NCBI GenBank assembly: GCA_031082155.1
Contig: JAVHLL010000007.1
Coordinates: forward strand, 1,459 to 65,458
Direction of reading: 5' to 3'
From: Thermodesulfovibrionales bacterium
GTDB taxonomy: Bacteria > Nitrospirota > Thermodesulfovibrionia > Thermodesulfovibrionales > SM23-35
Length of the DNA stretch: 64,000 nucleotides
The translations under genes and the position numbers were made by a program. Shown piece by piece: positions 38,520-47,071 of the stretch; position 1 is the first letter of the stretch; each line of letters starts with the position of its first letter. The notes below the pieces were generated by a model. That model ran no database searches. It was not told the origin of the DNA and worked only from the letters and a program-made list of their open reading frames with translations.

Positions 38520-39167
38520 ATGGGAGAACTGAAGCTGGGATACTCTCCTGTGGTATTATCTTATATGCCCTCTTCCGGAGTAGAAAAAGCCTGGGAAACC
38601 CTGAGCAGCCTCAAACCCTCCGCTGTATGCAGAAACGGCAATGTATCCCTTGATCAGGCCGGCGGACATTACCGGGCAAGATCGTTCTGTACCGAGTTTT
38701 CTATTGATCCCCGGGGAAAAACCATCAAAAGCCTTGACGGAACAGGAGAGGATCTTGTTCAGCGATACGGTTACTTTTTCATCCACTCCTGCCTGTGGTA
38801 TCTCATCCATGCGAAGGACATCCCGTTTTCGGGAAGACTCGTGAAGCCGGCAAACATACAAGGCGGGGAACTTTTTTTCAGGGGGAGTCACACCCTCCCT
38901 CTCGAAAATCTCTCTAAAAAATACGCGGAAGATGCCTCATCTTTCCTTCAAAAAGGCAGGGATCTCTGCGCAGAGGTTGACACACATGGAGACGCCTCGG
39001 TCAGACTCTTCCCCCTGCCCAGGATACCGGTAACCCTCATCCTCTGGCTGAAGGACGAAGAATTCCCTGCAAGGGCTGACCTTCTTTTCGATTCGACCGC
39101 AGGAATCCATCTCCCCCTCGATATGCTCTGGTCACTCGCCATGCTGAGCATACTGGTGATGCTGTGA
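38520..39167 (+). CDS. DUF3786-like protein
   Basis: 215 aa. Overall resemblance to DUF3786 proteins, recognised from memory only. Its stop overlaps the start of the next gene (GTGA). Confidence 0.35.
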   Translation: MGELKLGYSPVVLSYMPSSGVEKAWETLSSLKPSAVCRNGNVSLDQAGGHYRARSFCTEFSIDPRGKTIKSLDGTGEDLVQRYGYFFIHSCLWYLIHAKDIPFSGRLVKPANIQGGELFFRGSHTLPLENLSKKYAEDASSFLQKGRDLCAEVDTHGDASVRLFPLPRIPVTLILWLKDEEFPARADLLFDSTAGIHLPLDMLWSLAMLSILVML

Positions 39168-40798
39168 GCTATAGGCTGAAGGAAAAAACAGATTCCTTGC
39201 TCTCCAGGGAAAAAGGGACTGTTCACAAAGATCCGGGCGGAAGGATTAATATCGTCCTCGTATATCCGAACACATATTCTGTCGGCATGTCGAACCTCGG
39301 TTTTCAGGGAATTTATGGCCTCCTGAATGGCCTGCATGATGTGGTCTGTGAACGGGCATTTCTCCCGGATGACGGAGATATCGACGAATACACAAGGACA
39401 CGCACTGAACTCTTTTCTCTGGAGTCGAAACGGCCTTTGAACCGGTTCGATATCATCGCCTTTTCCCTCTCTTTCGAAAATGACTACCCAAATGTTGCAA
39501 AAATCCTCCAACTGGCCAACCTGCCGCTGCGCAGGGTCGAGCGGAATGCACGTCATCCGCTGCTCATTGCGGGAGGCGTCTGCGCTTTTTTTAATCCCGA
39601 ACCGGTTGCTGATTTTTTTGACGTCTGTTTTGTCGGCGAAGCAGATGAAATGCTCCCCGATTTCATAACCATCTACAAATCCGTCCCTGCAAGAGATGAA
39701 ATGCTCGGTAAGGCGCTAAAAACAGACGGTATCTATGTTCCCGGGTTCTACAAGGTTTCCTATGATACAGCGGGGACTATCGCAGCGCGGACCGGAAAAG
39801 ACGCCGTGCCTGCAAGAGTCAGGAGACAGTATCTGAAGAACTTGTCGCCACCGAAGATCACCACATCAATCATTACTCCTGAGACAGAATTTTCCGACAT
39901 GCATCTCATCGAGGCTATGAGAGGATGCCCGTGGAGCTGCAGGTTCTGTGTCACCGGGAGGGTATATAATCCGCCAAGGAAAAAAGCTCTTGAAGACATG
40001 AAAGACGAAATCCGGGCAGCGCTTGTTCACACAAAAAGGATCGGGCTTATCGGTCCCTCGTTGTCGGATTACCCGCACATACGGGAGGTTCTCAACATCC
40101 CTGAAGTGGATTTTTCTATCACCTCCCTGAGGGCAAGCGCAAAGAGCGCTGAAATCATCGGCCTGATGAAGGGACACCAGAGTGTTTCTATCGCTCCGGA
40201 GGCCGGGACTGAACGGTTGAGAAAAGTCATCAATAAAAAGGTGTCTGAGGAGGACATCCTTTGCACCTCGGAACGTTTGTTTCAGCAAGGCATCGATATC
40301 CTGAGACTCTATTTTATGGTCGGACTTCCAACCGAAACCAGGGAAGACATCCAGGGGATCATTCACCTTGCCGAAAAGATCCGGAAAGGTTCACCAAAGG
40401 GGACCGTCACCCTGAGCATAAGCACCTTTGTACCAAAGCCGTTCACTCCATTTCAGTGGCATCCGATGGAGACCCTAGGAGAGGTCAAGGAAAGGCTGAA
40501 GATAATCAAGAACGGGCTGAAAAACCTCAGGGGGGTGAGAGTGTTCCACGATGTTCCGAAATATGCATATATGCAGGGTCTCTTTGCCCTTGGAGACAGG
40601 CGTGTATCAAGTGCAATCGAGAAGATGCTGACTGTCCGGGACTGGATGAAGGCTGCAGAGGCCGCAGGAGTCAATAAGGATTTTTTTATTTTCAGGCAGA
40701 AACAGTTCTCAGAAATCTTCCCGTGGGATTTCATCGATTCCGGCGTGGACAAAGAAAAATTGTGGGCAGAATATCAGGAAGCCATGTCGAATGCGTGA
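39164..40798 (+). CDS. B12-binding-domain radical SAM protein
   Basis: 544 aa with an N-terminal Rossmann-like B12-binding-type region. The radical SAM cluster motif is 'MRGCPWSCRFC'. Confidence 0.75.
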   Translation: MSYRLKEKTDSLLSREKGTVHKDPGGRINIVLVYPNTYSVGMSNLGFQGIYGLLNGLHDVVCERAFLPDDGDIDEYTRTRTELFSLESKRPLNRFDIIAFSLSFENDYPNVAKILQLANLPLRRVERNARHPLLIAGGVCAFFNPEPVADFFDVCFVGEADEMLPDFITIYKSVPARDEMLGKALKTDGIYVPGFYKVSYDTAGTIAARTGKDAVPARVRRQYLKNLSPPKITTSIITPETEFSDMHLIEAMRGCPWSCRFCVTGRVYNPPRKKALEDMKDEIRAALVHTKRIGLIGPSLSDYPHIREVLNIPEVDFSITSLRASAKSAEIIGLMKGHQSVSIAPEAGTERLRKVINKKVSEEDILCTSERLFQQGIDILRLYFMVGLPTETREDIQGIIHLAEKIRKGSPKGTVTLSISTFVPKPFTPFQWHPMETLGEVKERLKIIKNGLKNLRGVRVFHDVPKYAYMQGLFALGDRRVSSAIEKMLTVRDWMKAAEAAGVNKDFFIFRQKQFSEIFPWDFIDSGVDKEKLWAEYQEAMSNA

Positions 40799-40879
40799 CC
40801 GCCAACACTTCCCTTGATGACTTCATAACAACCCTGTGATACTATATTCTATGGCACGGTTCTCCCGGTCTTTACTGGC

Positions 40880-41602
40880 ATGGACGAAATCAGAAACCAG
40901 ATAGAATATTCCGTTCTGCTTGAAAGGATAAAGAATGTCTATCGGAAAATCTCATCGGCAGCAATCCGGTCAGGGAGAAGTCCGTTCGACGTAACACTCG
41001 TGGCAGTAACAAAAACCGTTCCCTATGAGAGAATAAAGGAGGGAGTCGATCTGGGATTAAGGGTCCTTGGCGAAAACCGGGTGCAGGAGGCGCAGGGAAA
41101 GATCGAAGCATGTAAGCTGCAATGTGCAGATTATGAGCTCGAATGGCATCTGGTCGGTCATCTTCAGAAAAACAAGGCAAAGGCCGCTGTTCACCTGTTT
41201 CACCTCATCCACTCGCTCGATTCAATCAGCCTTGCTCAGGAGGTGAACAAGCATGCAAGAAAGGCCGGGAAAATTCAGAGGGTCCTTATCCAGGTAAACC
41301 TGTCGGAAGAAGAGACAAAGCACGGCGTTCCGAGAAAAGATCTTATGGATACAATAAAAGCGGTTTTCGGAATGAAGAACCTGAAGCTGGAAGGCCTCAT
41401 GACAATGCCTCCCTATTTTGAAAATCCGGAAACGGCCCGTCCTTTTTTCCGTGAACTGCGTGAATGCCGTGATCAGGCAGAAAAGAAAGGATATCACCTC
41501 CCTGAACTGTCAATGGGCATGACAAATGATTATGAAGCTGCGATTCTGGAAGGGGCGACAATAGTAAGAATCGGTACCGCAATTTTTGGTGAAAGGAGTT
41601 AG
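40880..41602 (+). CDS. yggS: YggS family pyridoxal-phosphate homeostasis protein
   Basis: 240 aa. 'VTLVAVTKTV', 'LGENRVQEA', 'WHLVGHLQKNK' and 'MGMTNDYE' are present. Confidence 0.9.
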   Translation: MDEIRNQIEYSVLLERIKNVYRKISSAAIRSGRSPFDVTLVAVTKTVPYERIKEGVDLGLRVLGENRVQEAQGKIEACKLQCADYELEWHLVGHLQKNKAKAAVHLFHLIHSLDSISLAQEVNKHARKAGKIQRVLIQVNLSEEETKHGVPRKDLMDTIKAVFGMKNLKLEGLMTMPPYFENPETARPFFRELRECRDQAEKKGYHLPELSMGMTNDYEAAILEGATIVRIGTAIFGERS

Positions 41603-41606
41603 AGAA

Positions 41607-42395
41607 ATGATAGGTTTCATAGGCGGGGGAAACATGGCAGAAGCCCTGATAAAAGGAATGACGCAGAACAGGATGAAAGATATCATTGTGTCGGAACCCA
41701 GAACAGACAGGTGCGCCTATCTGGAAAAAACATACGGGGTGAAAACAACACGGGACAACAAAGACGTCGCCGCACAGAGTTCGCTCATCATCCTTGCAGT
41801 AAAACCACAGAATATGGATGAAGTCACGGTAGAACTCGCAGGGTTACTCACTAAAGATCACATGGTAGTGTCTATCGCTGCGGGGATAACGTTATCCTAT
41901 CTTTCCGCGCGCCTCAGGATTGAAAAAATCATCCGGGCAATGCCGAATACCCCGGCACTCGTGCTGGAAGGCATGACGGTCATGTCCATGTGTGAGTGCA
42001 TTCATGACAGAGAAATGGGGACTGTAAGGGACATCTTCATGTCCATAGGAAGAGTTATGGTACTGCCTGAAAAATACATGGATGCAGTGACAGCGGTATC
42101 CGGCAGCGGCCCTGCCTATTTTGCCTGGTTTGTCGAAGCGCTGACCGAGGCAGGGGAAAAGGCCGGACTCTCAAAAGAAAACGCTGCTGAACTTTCTATT
42201 GCAACCATGATCGGCACGGCAAAGATGCTTGAGACAGGCATGCCGCCTGCTCAACTCAGGGAAATGGTTACCTCACCCGGGGGCACGACTGCGGCTGGGC
42301 TAAAGGTTTTTGAAGAGAAAAGGATGAAGGGCCTCGTCGCTGAGGTGATCGGGGCGGCAAAAAACAGGTCTCAGGAGTTAGGGAGGAAAGAATAG
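41607..42395 (+). CDS. proC: Pyrroline-5-carboxylate reductase
   Basis: Start reset to ATG 41607 (AAAGGAG upstream). 'IGFIGGGNMAEAL', 'RAMPNTPALV' and 'VTSPGGTTAAGL' are present. Confidence 0.9.
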   Translation: MIGFIGGGNMAEALIKGMTQNRMKDIIVSEPRTDRCAYLEKTYGVKTTRDNKDVAAQSSLIILAVKPQNMDEVTVELAGLLTKDHMVVSIAAGITLSYLSARLRIEKIIRAMPNTPALVLEGMTVMSMCECIHDREMGTVRDIFMSIGRVMVLPEKYMDAVTAVSGSGPAYFAWFVEALTEAGEKAGLSKENAAELSIATMIGTAKMLETGMPPAQLREMVTSPGGTTAAGLKVFEEKRMKGLVAEVIGAAKNRSQELGRKE

Positions 42396-42710
42396 ATGTT
42401 TATTTTTGCTAATCTTATTTTGGCGATAGCTTACATAGCAAACACGTTGCTCACCGTGTATATGTGGATCATCATCATTTCGGCGTTGATCAGCTGGGTG
42501 AACCCCGACCCCTATAATCCGATTGTGAGGTTCCTGTATACCGTCACTGATCCTGTCCTGCGCCGTATCAGAAAGCTTATCGGGTCTCGGCTGGGGGTCA
42601 TTGATATTTCTCCCATGATTGCTATCCTCATCATATTATTTGTAAAGTATTTCCTGATCCAGTCTTTATTGGAATTTGCCTATAAATTGAAAGGAGGCAT
42701 GCATCTATGA
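42396..42710 (+). CDS. yggT: YggT family membrane protein
   Basis: 104 aa. 'ISWVNPDPYNPIVRFLYTVTDPVLRRIR' is the YggT signature. Confidence 0.85.
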   Translation: MFIFANLILAIAYIANTLLTVYMWIIIISALISWVNPDPYNPIVRFLYTVTDPVLRRIRKLIGSRLGVIDISPMIAILIILFVKYFLIQSLLEFAYKLKGGMHL

Positions 42711-43189
42711 GGATAACGCCGCTTGATATCCAGCAAAAACAATTCCCCATGAAACTGAGGGGCTTTGATGTAGAAGAAGTATACGCGTTCCTTGAGATTG
42801 TACGGGAGGAGATGGAAGACCTGCTCAGGGAAAACGCTTCACTCAAAGAGAACGTCCAGAGGATTGAAAACCAGATCAAGGAATACAGAGATATGGAGAC
42901 CACACTCCGGGAAACACTTATGACGGCACAGCAGATGGTCGAAGACTATAAAACAAATGCCCGGAAAGAGGCTGAACTCCTTCTGAAGGAAGCGGAGCTC
43001 AAATCAGACTCGATCATGAAAGAAGCGCAGGAGAAAGTCATCAAGATCCATGAGGATGTCGTTGACCTGAAAGGCATCAGGCGTCATTTCAAGGAAGAGG
43101 TCAAGAGGCTTGTCGAAAGCCATCTGAAGATGCTCGATTTCGACAGGGAACGGGAGGAGGAGGAAGCGGGGGGCATAAAACAGGAATGA
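42707..43189 (+). CDS. divIVA: DivIVA domain-containing protein
   Basis: 160 aa. N-terminal 'ITPLDIQQKQFPMKLRGFDVEEVYAFLE' is followed by a coiled coil. Confidence 0.85.
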   Translation: MRITPLDIQQKQFPMKLRGFDVEEVYAFLEIVREEMEDLLRENASLKENVQRIENQIKEYRDMETTLRETLMTAQQMVEDYKTNARKEAELLLKEAELKSDSIMKEAQEKVIKIHEDVVDLKGIRRHFKEEVKRLVESHLKMLDFDREREEEEAGGIKQE

Positions 43190-44430
43190 AGTACAATGCC
43201 CTGAAGGGTATCCATGATATCTACCCTCCTGACATCTCTCTATGGCAGCATATCGAGAAAGTTGCAGCGGACATCTTCACGGTATTCGGCTTTCAGGAAA
43301 TCCGTGCGCCGATCATCGAGTCAACCGATATTTTCGTGAGGAGCATCGGAGAGACAACCGATATCGTCGAGAAAGAGATGTACACCTTTACCGACAAAGG
43401 CGGGAGGCGTATTACCCTCCGTCCGGAGGGCACAGCGCCCGTTGTAAGATGTTATGTGGAAAATTATCTGTACAATCTGCCGTCGCCCCAGAAATATTTT
43501 TATGCAGGACCGATGTTCCGCTATGAAAGGCCCCAGGCAGGCCGCTTCAGACAGTTCTTTCAGATCGGCGCTGAAGCATTTGGTGTGGCAGAACCGAAGA
43601 TTGACGCAGAAATACTCTCCATGCTCAAACTGCTCTTCGAAAGACTCGGCCTCAGGGAACTCTGTTTCCAGGTCAATTCCATAGGATGCGAACAATGCAG
43701 GCCTGGTTACCGGAAAGCCCTCGTCAGTTTTTTTTCAGACAAACTTGAAGGGCTGTGTCCTGATTGCACGAGAAGATACGAACTGAACCCTCTCAGGATA
43801 CTCGATTGCAAGGTGGATTCCTGCAAGAGGGTACGGCAGGACGCTCCGCGTGTGACTGAGCATCTCTGCAGTGATTGTGAGAATCATTTCGGTTCCCTTC
43901 TGTCCCTCCTGGAATTACTGGAGGTCCCCCATAGCATAAATCCTGATATGGTGAGAGGGCTTGATTACTACACAAGGACCACCTTTGAGGTCACCTGCGA
44001 GCATCTCGGCGCACAGAATGCAGTAGCTGCAGGAGGACGCTACGACAGGCTGGTTCAGGAATTCGGCGGACCCCCGATCCCTGCCATCGGGTTCGCGGTC
44101 GGGATGGAACGGCTCGTATCGTTGCTGAAATCATCGGGAGAACAGAACATCCCGGCTCCCAGAACCTTCATCGCAGTGCTCGGCGAGGATGCAGGGAAAC
44201 AGGGCCTTGCTCTGGCCAACAGACTTCGGGAACAGGGTATATGGACCGAAATCGGGTATACGGGTAACTCCCTTAAGAGCCAGATGAGAAGGGCTGACAG
44301 ATTGTCAGCCGAATACGTGCTGATAATCGGCGATGAAGAAATCGCATCAGGCAACTGCAAGTGGAAAAAACTCTCGGACGGAAGCCAGGGGGAAATAGCG
44401 CTCTCGGGGGTTCTTGCTTTTTTCCAATGA
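43186..44430 (+). CDS. hisS: Histidine--tRNA ligase
   Basis: 414 aa. 'LRPEGTAPVVR', 'YAGPMFRYERPQAGRFRQF' and 'AAGGRYD' class II motifs are present. Confidence 0.95.
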   Translation: MKYNALKGIHDIYPPDISLWQHIEKVAADIFTVFGFQEIRAPIIESTDIFVRSIGETTDIVEKEMYTFTDKGGRRITLRPEGTAPVVRCYVENYLYNLPSPQKYFYAGPMFRYERPQAGRFRQFFQIGAEAFGVAEPKIDAEILSMLKLLFERLGLRELCFQVNSIGCEQCRPGYRKALVSFFSDKLEGLCPDCTRRYELNPLRILDCKVDSCKRVRQDAPRVTEHLCSDCENHFGSLLSLLELLEVPHSINPDMVRGLDYYTRTTFEVTCEHLGAQNAVAAGGRYDRLVQEFGGPPIPAIGFAVGMERLVSLLKSSGEQNIPAPRTFIAVLGEDAGKQGLALANRLREQGIWTEIGYTGNSLKSQMRRADRLSAEYVLIIGDEEIASGNCKWKKLSDGSQGEIALSGVLAFFQ

Positions 44431-44435
44431 GGACC

Positions 44436-45890
44436 CTACCCCACAACATCAAGGTTTCGCACCCTGAATCCCACCCCTAATTCCCCGGCAGTACTTCTGC
44501 ACTGTTCTATATCAATCCCCTTGGCGGTGACAACGGTGACAGAGACCTCGGGGATCACTTTCTTTGCCTCCCTTATGAAATTCAGGACTTCGTGATAGGC
44601 ATTCCCGAATTCAGGCTTGCAGATCCTATTATAGGTCTCCTCGTCCTGTGCATCGAGGCTTATCGAGATACGGTCGACTATGCCACGGAGTTCGGGAATG
44701 ATATTTCTCTTGTAGATAAGATTTCCATGCCCGTTTGTGTTGATCCTGACTTTCCCTCCCTGTTGTTTTATCCACCGGGCAACATTCTTGATCAGGTCGA
44801 GCCTGAGCATCGGTTCTCCATATCCGCAGAACACAATCTCCTGGTATTGTGCAGGATCTCCTATCGCCTGAATAACTTCTTCTTCGGTCGGTTCGTGCGA
44901 AAGGCGCAGTTTGTGCCCCTTTACGTAATCTGAGTGGAACCGTATGCAGAACGCGCATCTGTTGGTGCATCTGTTGGTGATATTCAGGTAAAGGCTGTCT
45001 CTGATTTTATATGCAATCTCTCCCTGTTCCGGCATTTCACCAATATGGAAAAGACGTCTCGCGTTGAGCGTGGTAATACGCGCAATATCTTCCAGGGTGA
45101 CATTTCTGATTTTTGCGATCACCTGTGCGGTGTGCACGATATATGCAGGTTCGTTCCTCCGCCCCCTGAAAGGCTCCGGAGTCAGGTATGGCGCGTCAGT
45201 TTCTATGAGAAGATATTCATCCGGGATGGCCTTAGCGACCTCCTGCAGTGTGAGGGATTTCCTGAAGGTCACCGGACCTGCAATCGAGATGTGGAAACCC
45301 ATTGCAATGACTCTTTTTGCCATTTTGAGGTCTCCGGAAAAGCAGTGGAACACCCCTGTCCTGACCCCCGATTCTTCTACGATGTCGAGGGTATCCTTTT
45401 GTGCTTCCCTGCTGTGGATAATAACAGGAAGATTACTCTCTTTCGCCAGAAGAAGCTGCTTCCTGAATACTTCCCGCTGAATGTCTCTCGGAGAATTATC
45501 GTAATGATAGTCGAGGCCGATCTCTCCAATAGCAACAATCTTACCCCCCTTAGTGAGTGCAGAATACCGGGATGTTGCCCATCCTTTTATCTTATCAAAT
45601 ATTTCTCCGGTGAAATCCTTTGCATCATGCGGATGGAAACCGACAGATGAATAAATAAAATCATATTTTTCCGCAAGATCAATGCCTCCGATATTCCCTG
45701 CCATATCGGAGCCTATAGTGATGAGTGCGGCAATCCCGGAATCCTTTGCCCGCTGGATGACAGCTTCCCTGTCAGGATCAAAAGCGTCCATTTCGAGATG
45801 GCAGTGGGTATCAATGAAATTCAGAACTGAAGGCTGAAAGCTAATGGCGGTATTACGCTCCAAACTTCCTGAGTCTTCCTGCGTTCGCAA
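44436..45890 (-). CDS. TatD family hydrolase fused to a TatD-associated radical SAM domain
   Basis: 484 aa. The N-terminus has 'FIDTHCHL...' TatD motifs. The C-terminus has 'LNITNRCTNRCAFC' (CxxxCxxC) and 'EIVFCGYGEP'. The start is uncertain: TTG 45890 overlaps apgM by 38 nt. Confidence 0.75.
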   Translation of the reverse strand: MRTQEDSGSLERNTAISFQPSVLNFIDTHCHLEMDAFDPDREAVIQRAKDSGIAALITIGSDMAGNIGGIDLAEKYDFIYSSVGFHPHDAKDFTGEIFDKIKGWATSRYSALTKGGKIVAIGEIGLDYHYDNSPRDIQREVFRKQLLLAKESNLPVIIHSREAQKDTLDIVEESGVRTGVFHCFSGDLKMAKRVIAMGFHISIAGPVTFRKSLTLQEVAKAIPDEYLLIETDAPYLTPEPFRGRRNEPAYIVHTAQVIAKIRNVTLEDIARITTLNARRLFHIGEMPEQGEIAYKIRDSLYLNITNRCTNRCAFCIRFHSDYVKGHKLRLSHEPTEEEVIQAIGDPAQYQEIVFCGYGEPMLRLDLIKNVARWIKQQGGKVRINTNGHGNLIYKRNIIPELRGIVDRISISLDAQDEETYNRICKPEFGNAYHEVLNFIREAKKVIPEVSVTVVTAKGIDIEQCRSTAGELGVGFRVRNLDVVG

Positions 45891-47061
45891 GGGCCAGAGG
45901 CATGAGATTCACGGTGGGGAAGATGCCGAGTTCGCCCTTCAGGCACTCCCGTTCTGTGAATACCTGTGAGGTCTTGCCCAGCACATAGGGTGATTTGAGC
46001 ATGACAGGCACAGGGTGCCAGCTATGGCTTTTCATGACCGACGGGGTTGAATGATCACCGGTGATGATCAGCACTTCAGGGTTCAGGGCAAGTATGTCCG
46101 GGAGAGCCCGGTCAAATTCTTCAATCTTATGGACTTTGCCGTCAAAATTTCCGTCCTCGCCATAGGAGTCAATCTTTTTGATATGCATGAAGAAGAAATC
46201 GTAGTCGTGATAATTCTTTTTCAGAAAATCGATTTCTTCCTGGATATCACCCTGCAGCGCAGGGGCTTCCATGCCGATCAATGTCGCAAGCCCCCGGTAC
46301 ATCGGGTAGGCCGCGATGCAGAGAGGCTTGAGGCCATAGGCGTCATTGAAATGAGGGATATCAGGGACCTGCGCAAATCCCCTGAGCAGAACGTAATTCG
46401 CCCTGGGTTCGTTCTTTATGATTTCCGCAATATTCGCTATCAGTTTTACAGCGACTTGTGCAACCCGTTCCGCCTGTGGTGTCTCCGGAGTAACCGCGAC
46501 AGGGGTTTTGCCTTCGTTCTGCGGGTCTGTATCCTTGATCGCAGCCGAACCTCCGGGCAACGGTTCAGGGAACCTGAACACAACCGCAAATCTGTGTTCC
46601 ATGCCAGGGGAGAAAATTATTTCAACATCATCTATCTTGCTGATCTCTCTCTGCAGCCTCTCGGTAAGCTTTCGGCTTTCTTCTGTGGGAGGCCTCCCTG
46701 CCCGCCTGTCCTTTACGATGCCTTTTTCCAGAGTAGCGTAATTCACACGGATGGCTACATCGGTTTTTTTCAATTCCACGCCGAGGCCGAGGGCTTCAAG
46801 CACCCCTCTTCCTATCTGCCACTCAACAGGGTCGTATCCGAAAAGCGAAAGGTGCCCGGGTCCACTCCCTGGTGTTATTCCCAGGGCGACGGGGATATGC
46901 AGCCCGCAGGCAGACTCTTGGGCAAGCAGGTCGAGATTTGGCTTCTTTGCAGCATCAAGTTCAGTCCGGCCGTTGACCGGGAGTCCGCCTAGTCCGTCAA
47001 GCACGATGAGGAGGATCTTCGCACTATTTTGCTGTATCAGGTCCTTGATGAATGCTTGCAT
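45853..47061 (-). CDS. apgM: Cofactor-independent phosphoglycerate mutase, archaeal-type (ApgM family)
   Basis: 402 aa. 'ILLIVLDGLGG', 'TPGSGPGHLSLFGYDP' and 'ITGDHSTP' are present. Confidence 0.8.
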   Translation of the reverse strand: MQAFIKDLIQQNSAKILLIVLDGLGGLPVNGRTELDAAKKPNLDLLAQESACGLHIPVALGITPGSGPGHLSLFGYDPVEWQIGRGVLEALGLGVELKKTDVAIRVNYATLEKGIVKDRRAGRPPTEESRKLTERLQREISKIDDVEIIFSPGMEHRFAVVFRFPEPLPGGSAAIKDTDPQNEGKTPVAVTPETPQAERVAQVAVKLIANIAEIIKNEPRANYVLLRGFAQVPDIPHFNDAYGLKPLCIAAYPMYRGLATLIGMEAPALQGDIQEEIDFLKKNYHDYDFFFMHIKKIDSYGEDGNFDGKVHKIEEFDRALPDILALNPEVLIITGDHSTPSVMKSHSWHPVPVMLKSPYVLGKTSQVFTERECLKGELGIFPTVNLMPLALANAGRLRKFGA

Positions 47062-47071
47062 GCCTGAATAA

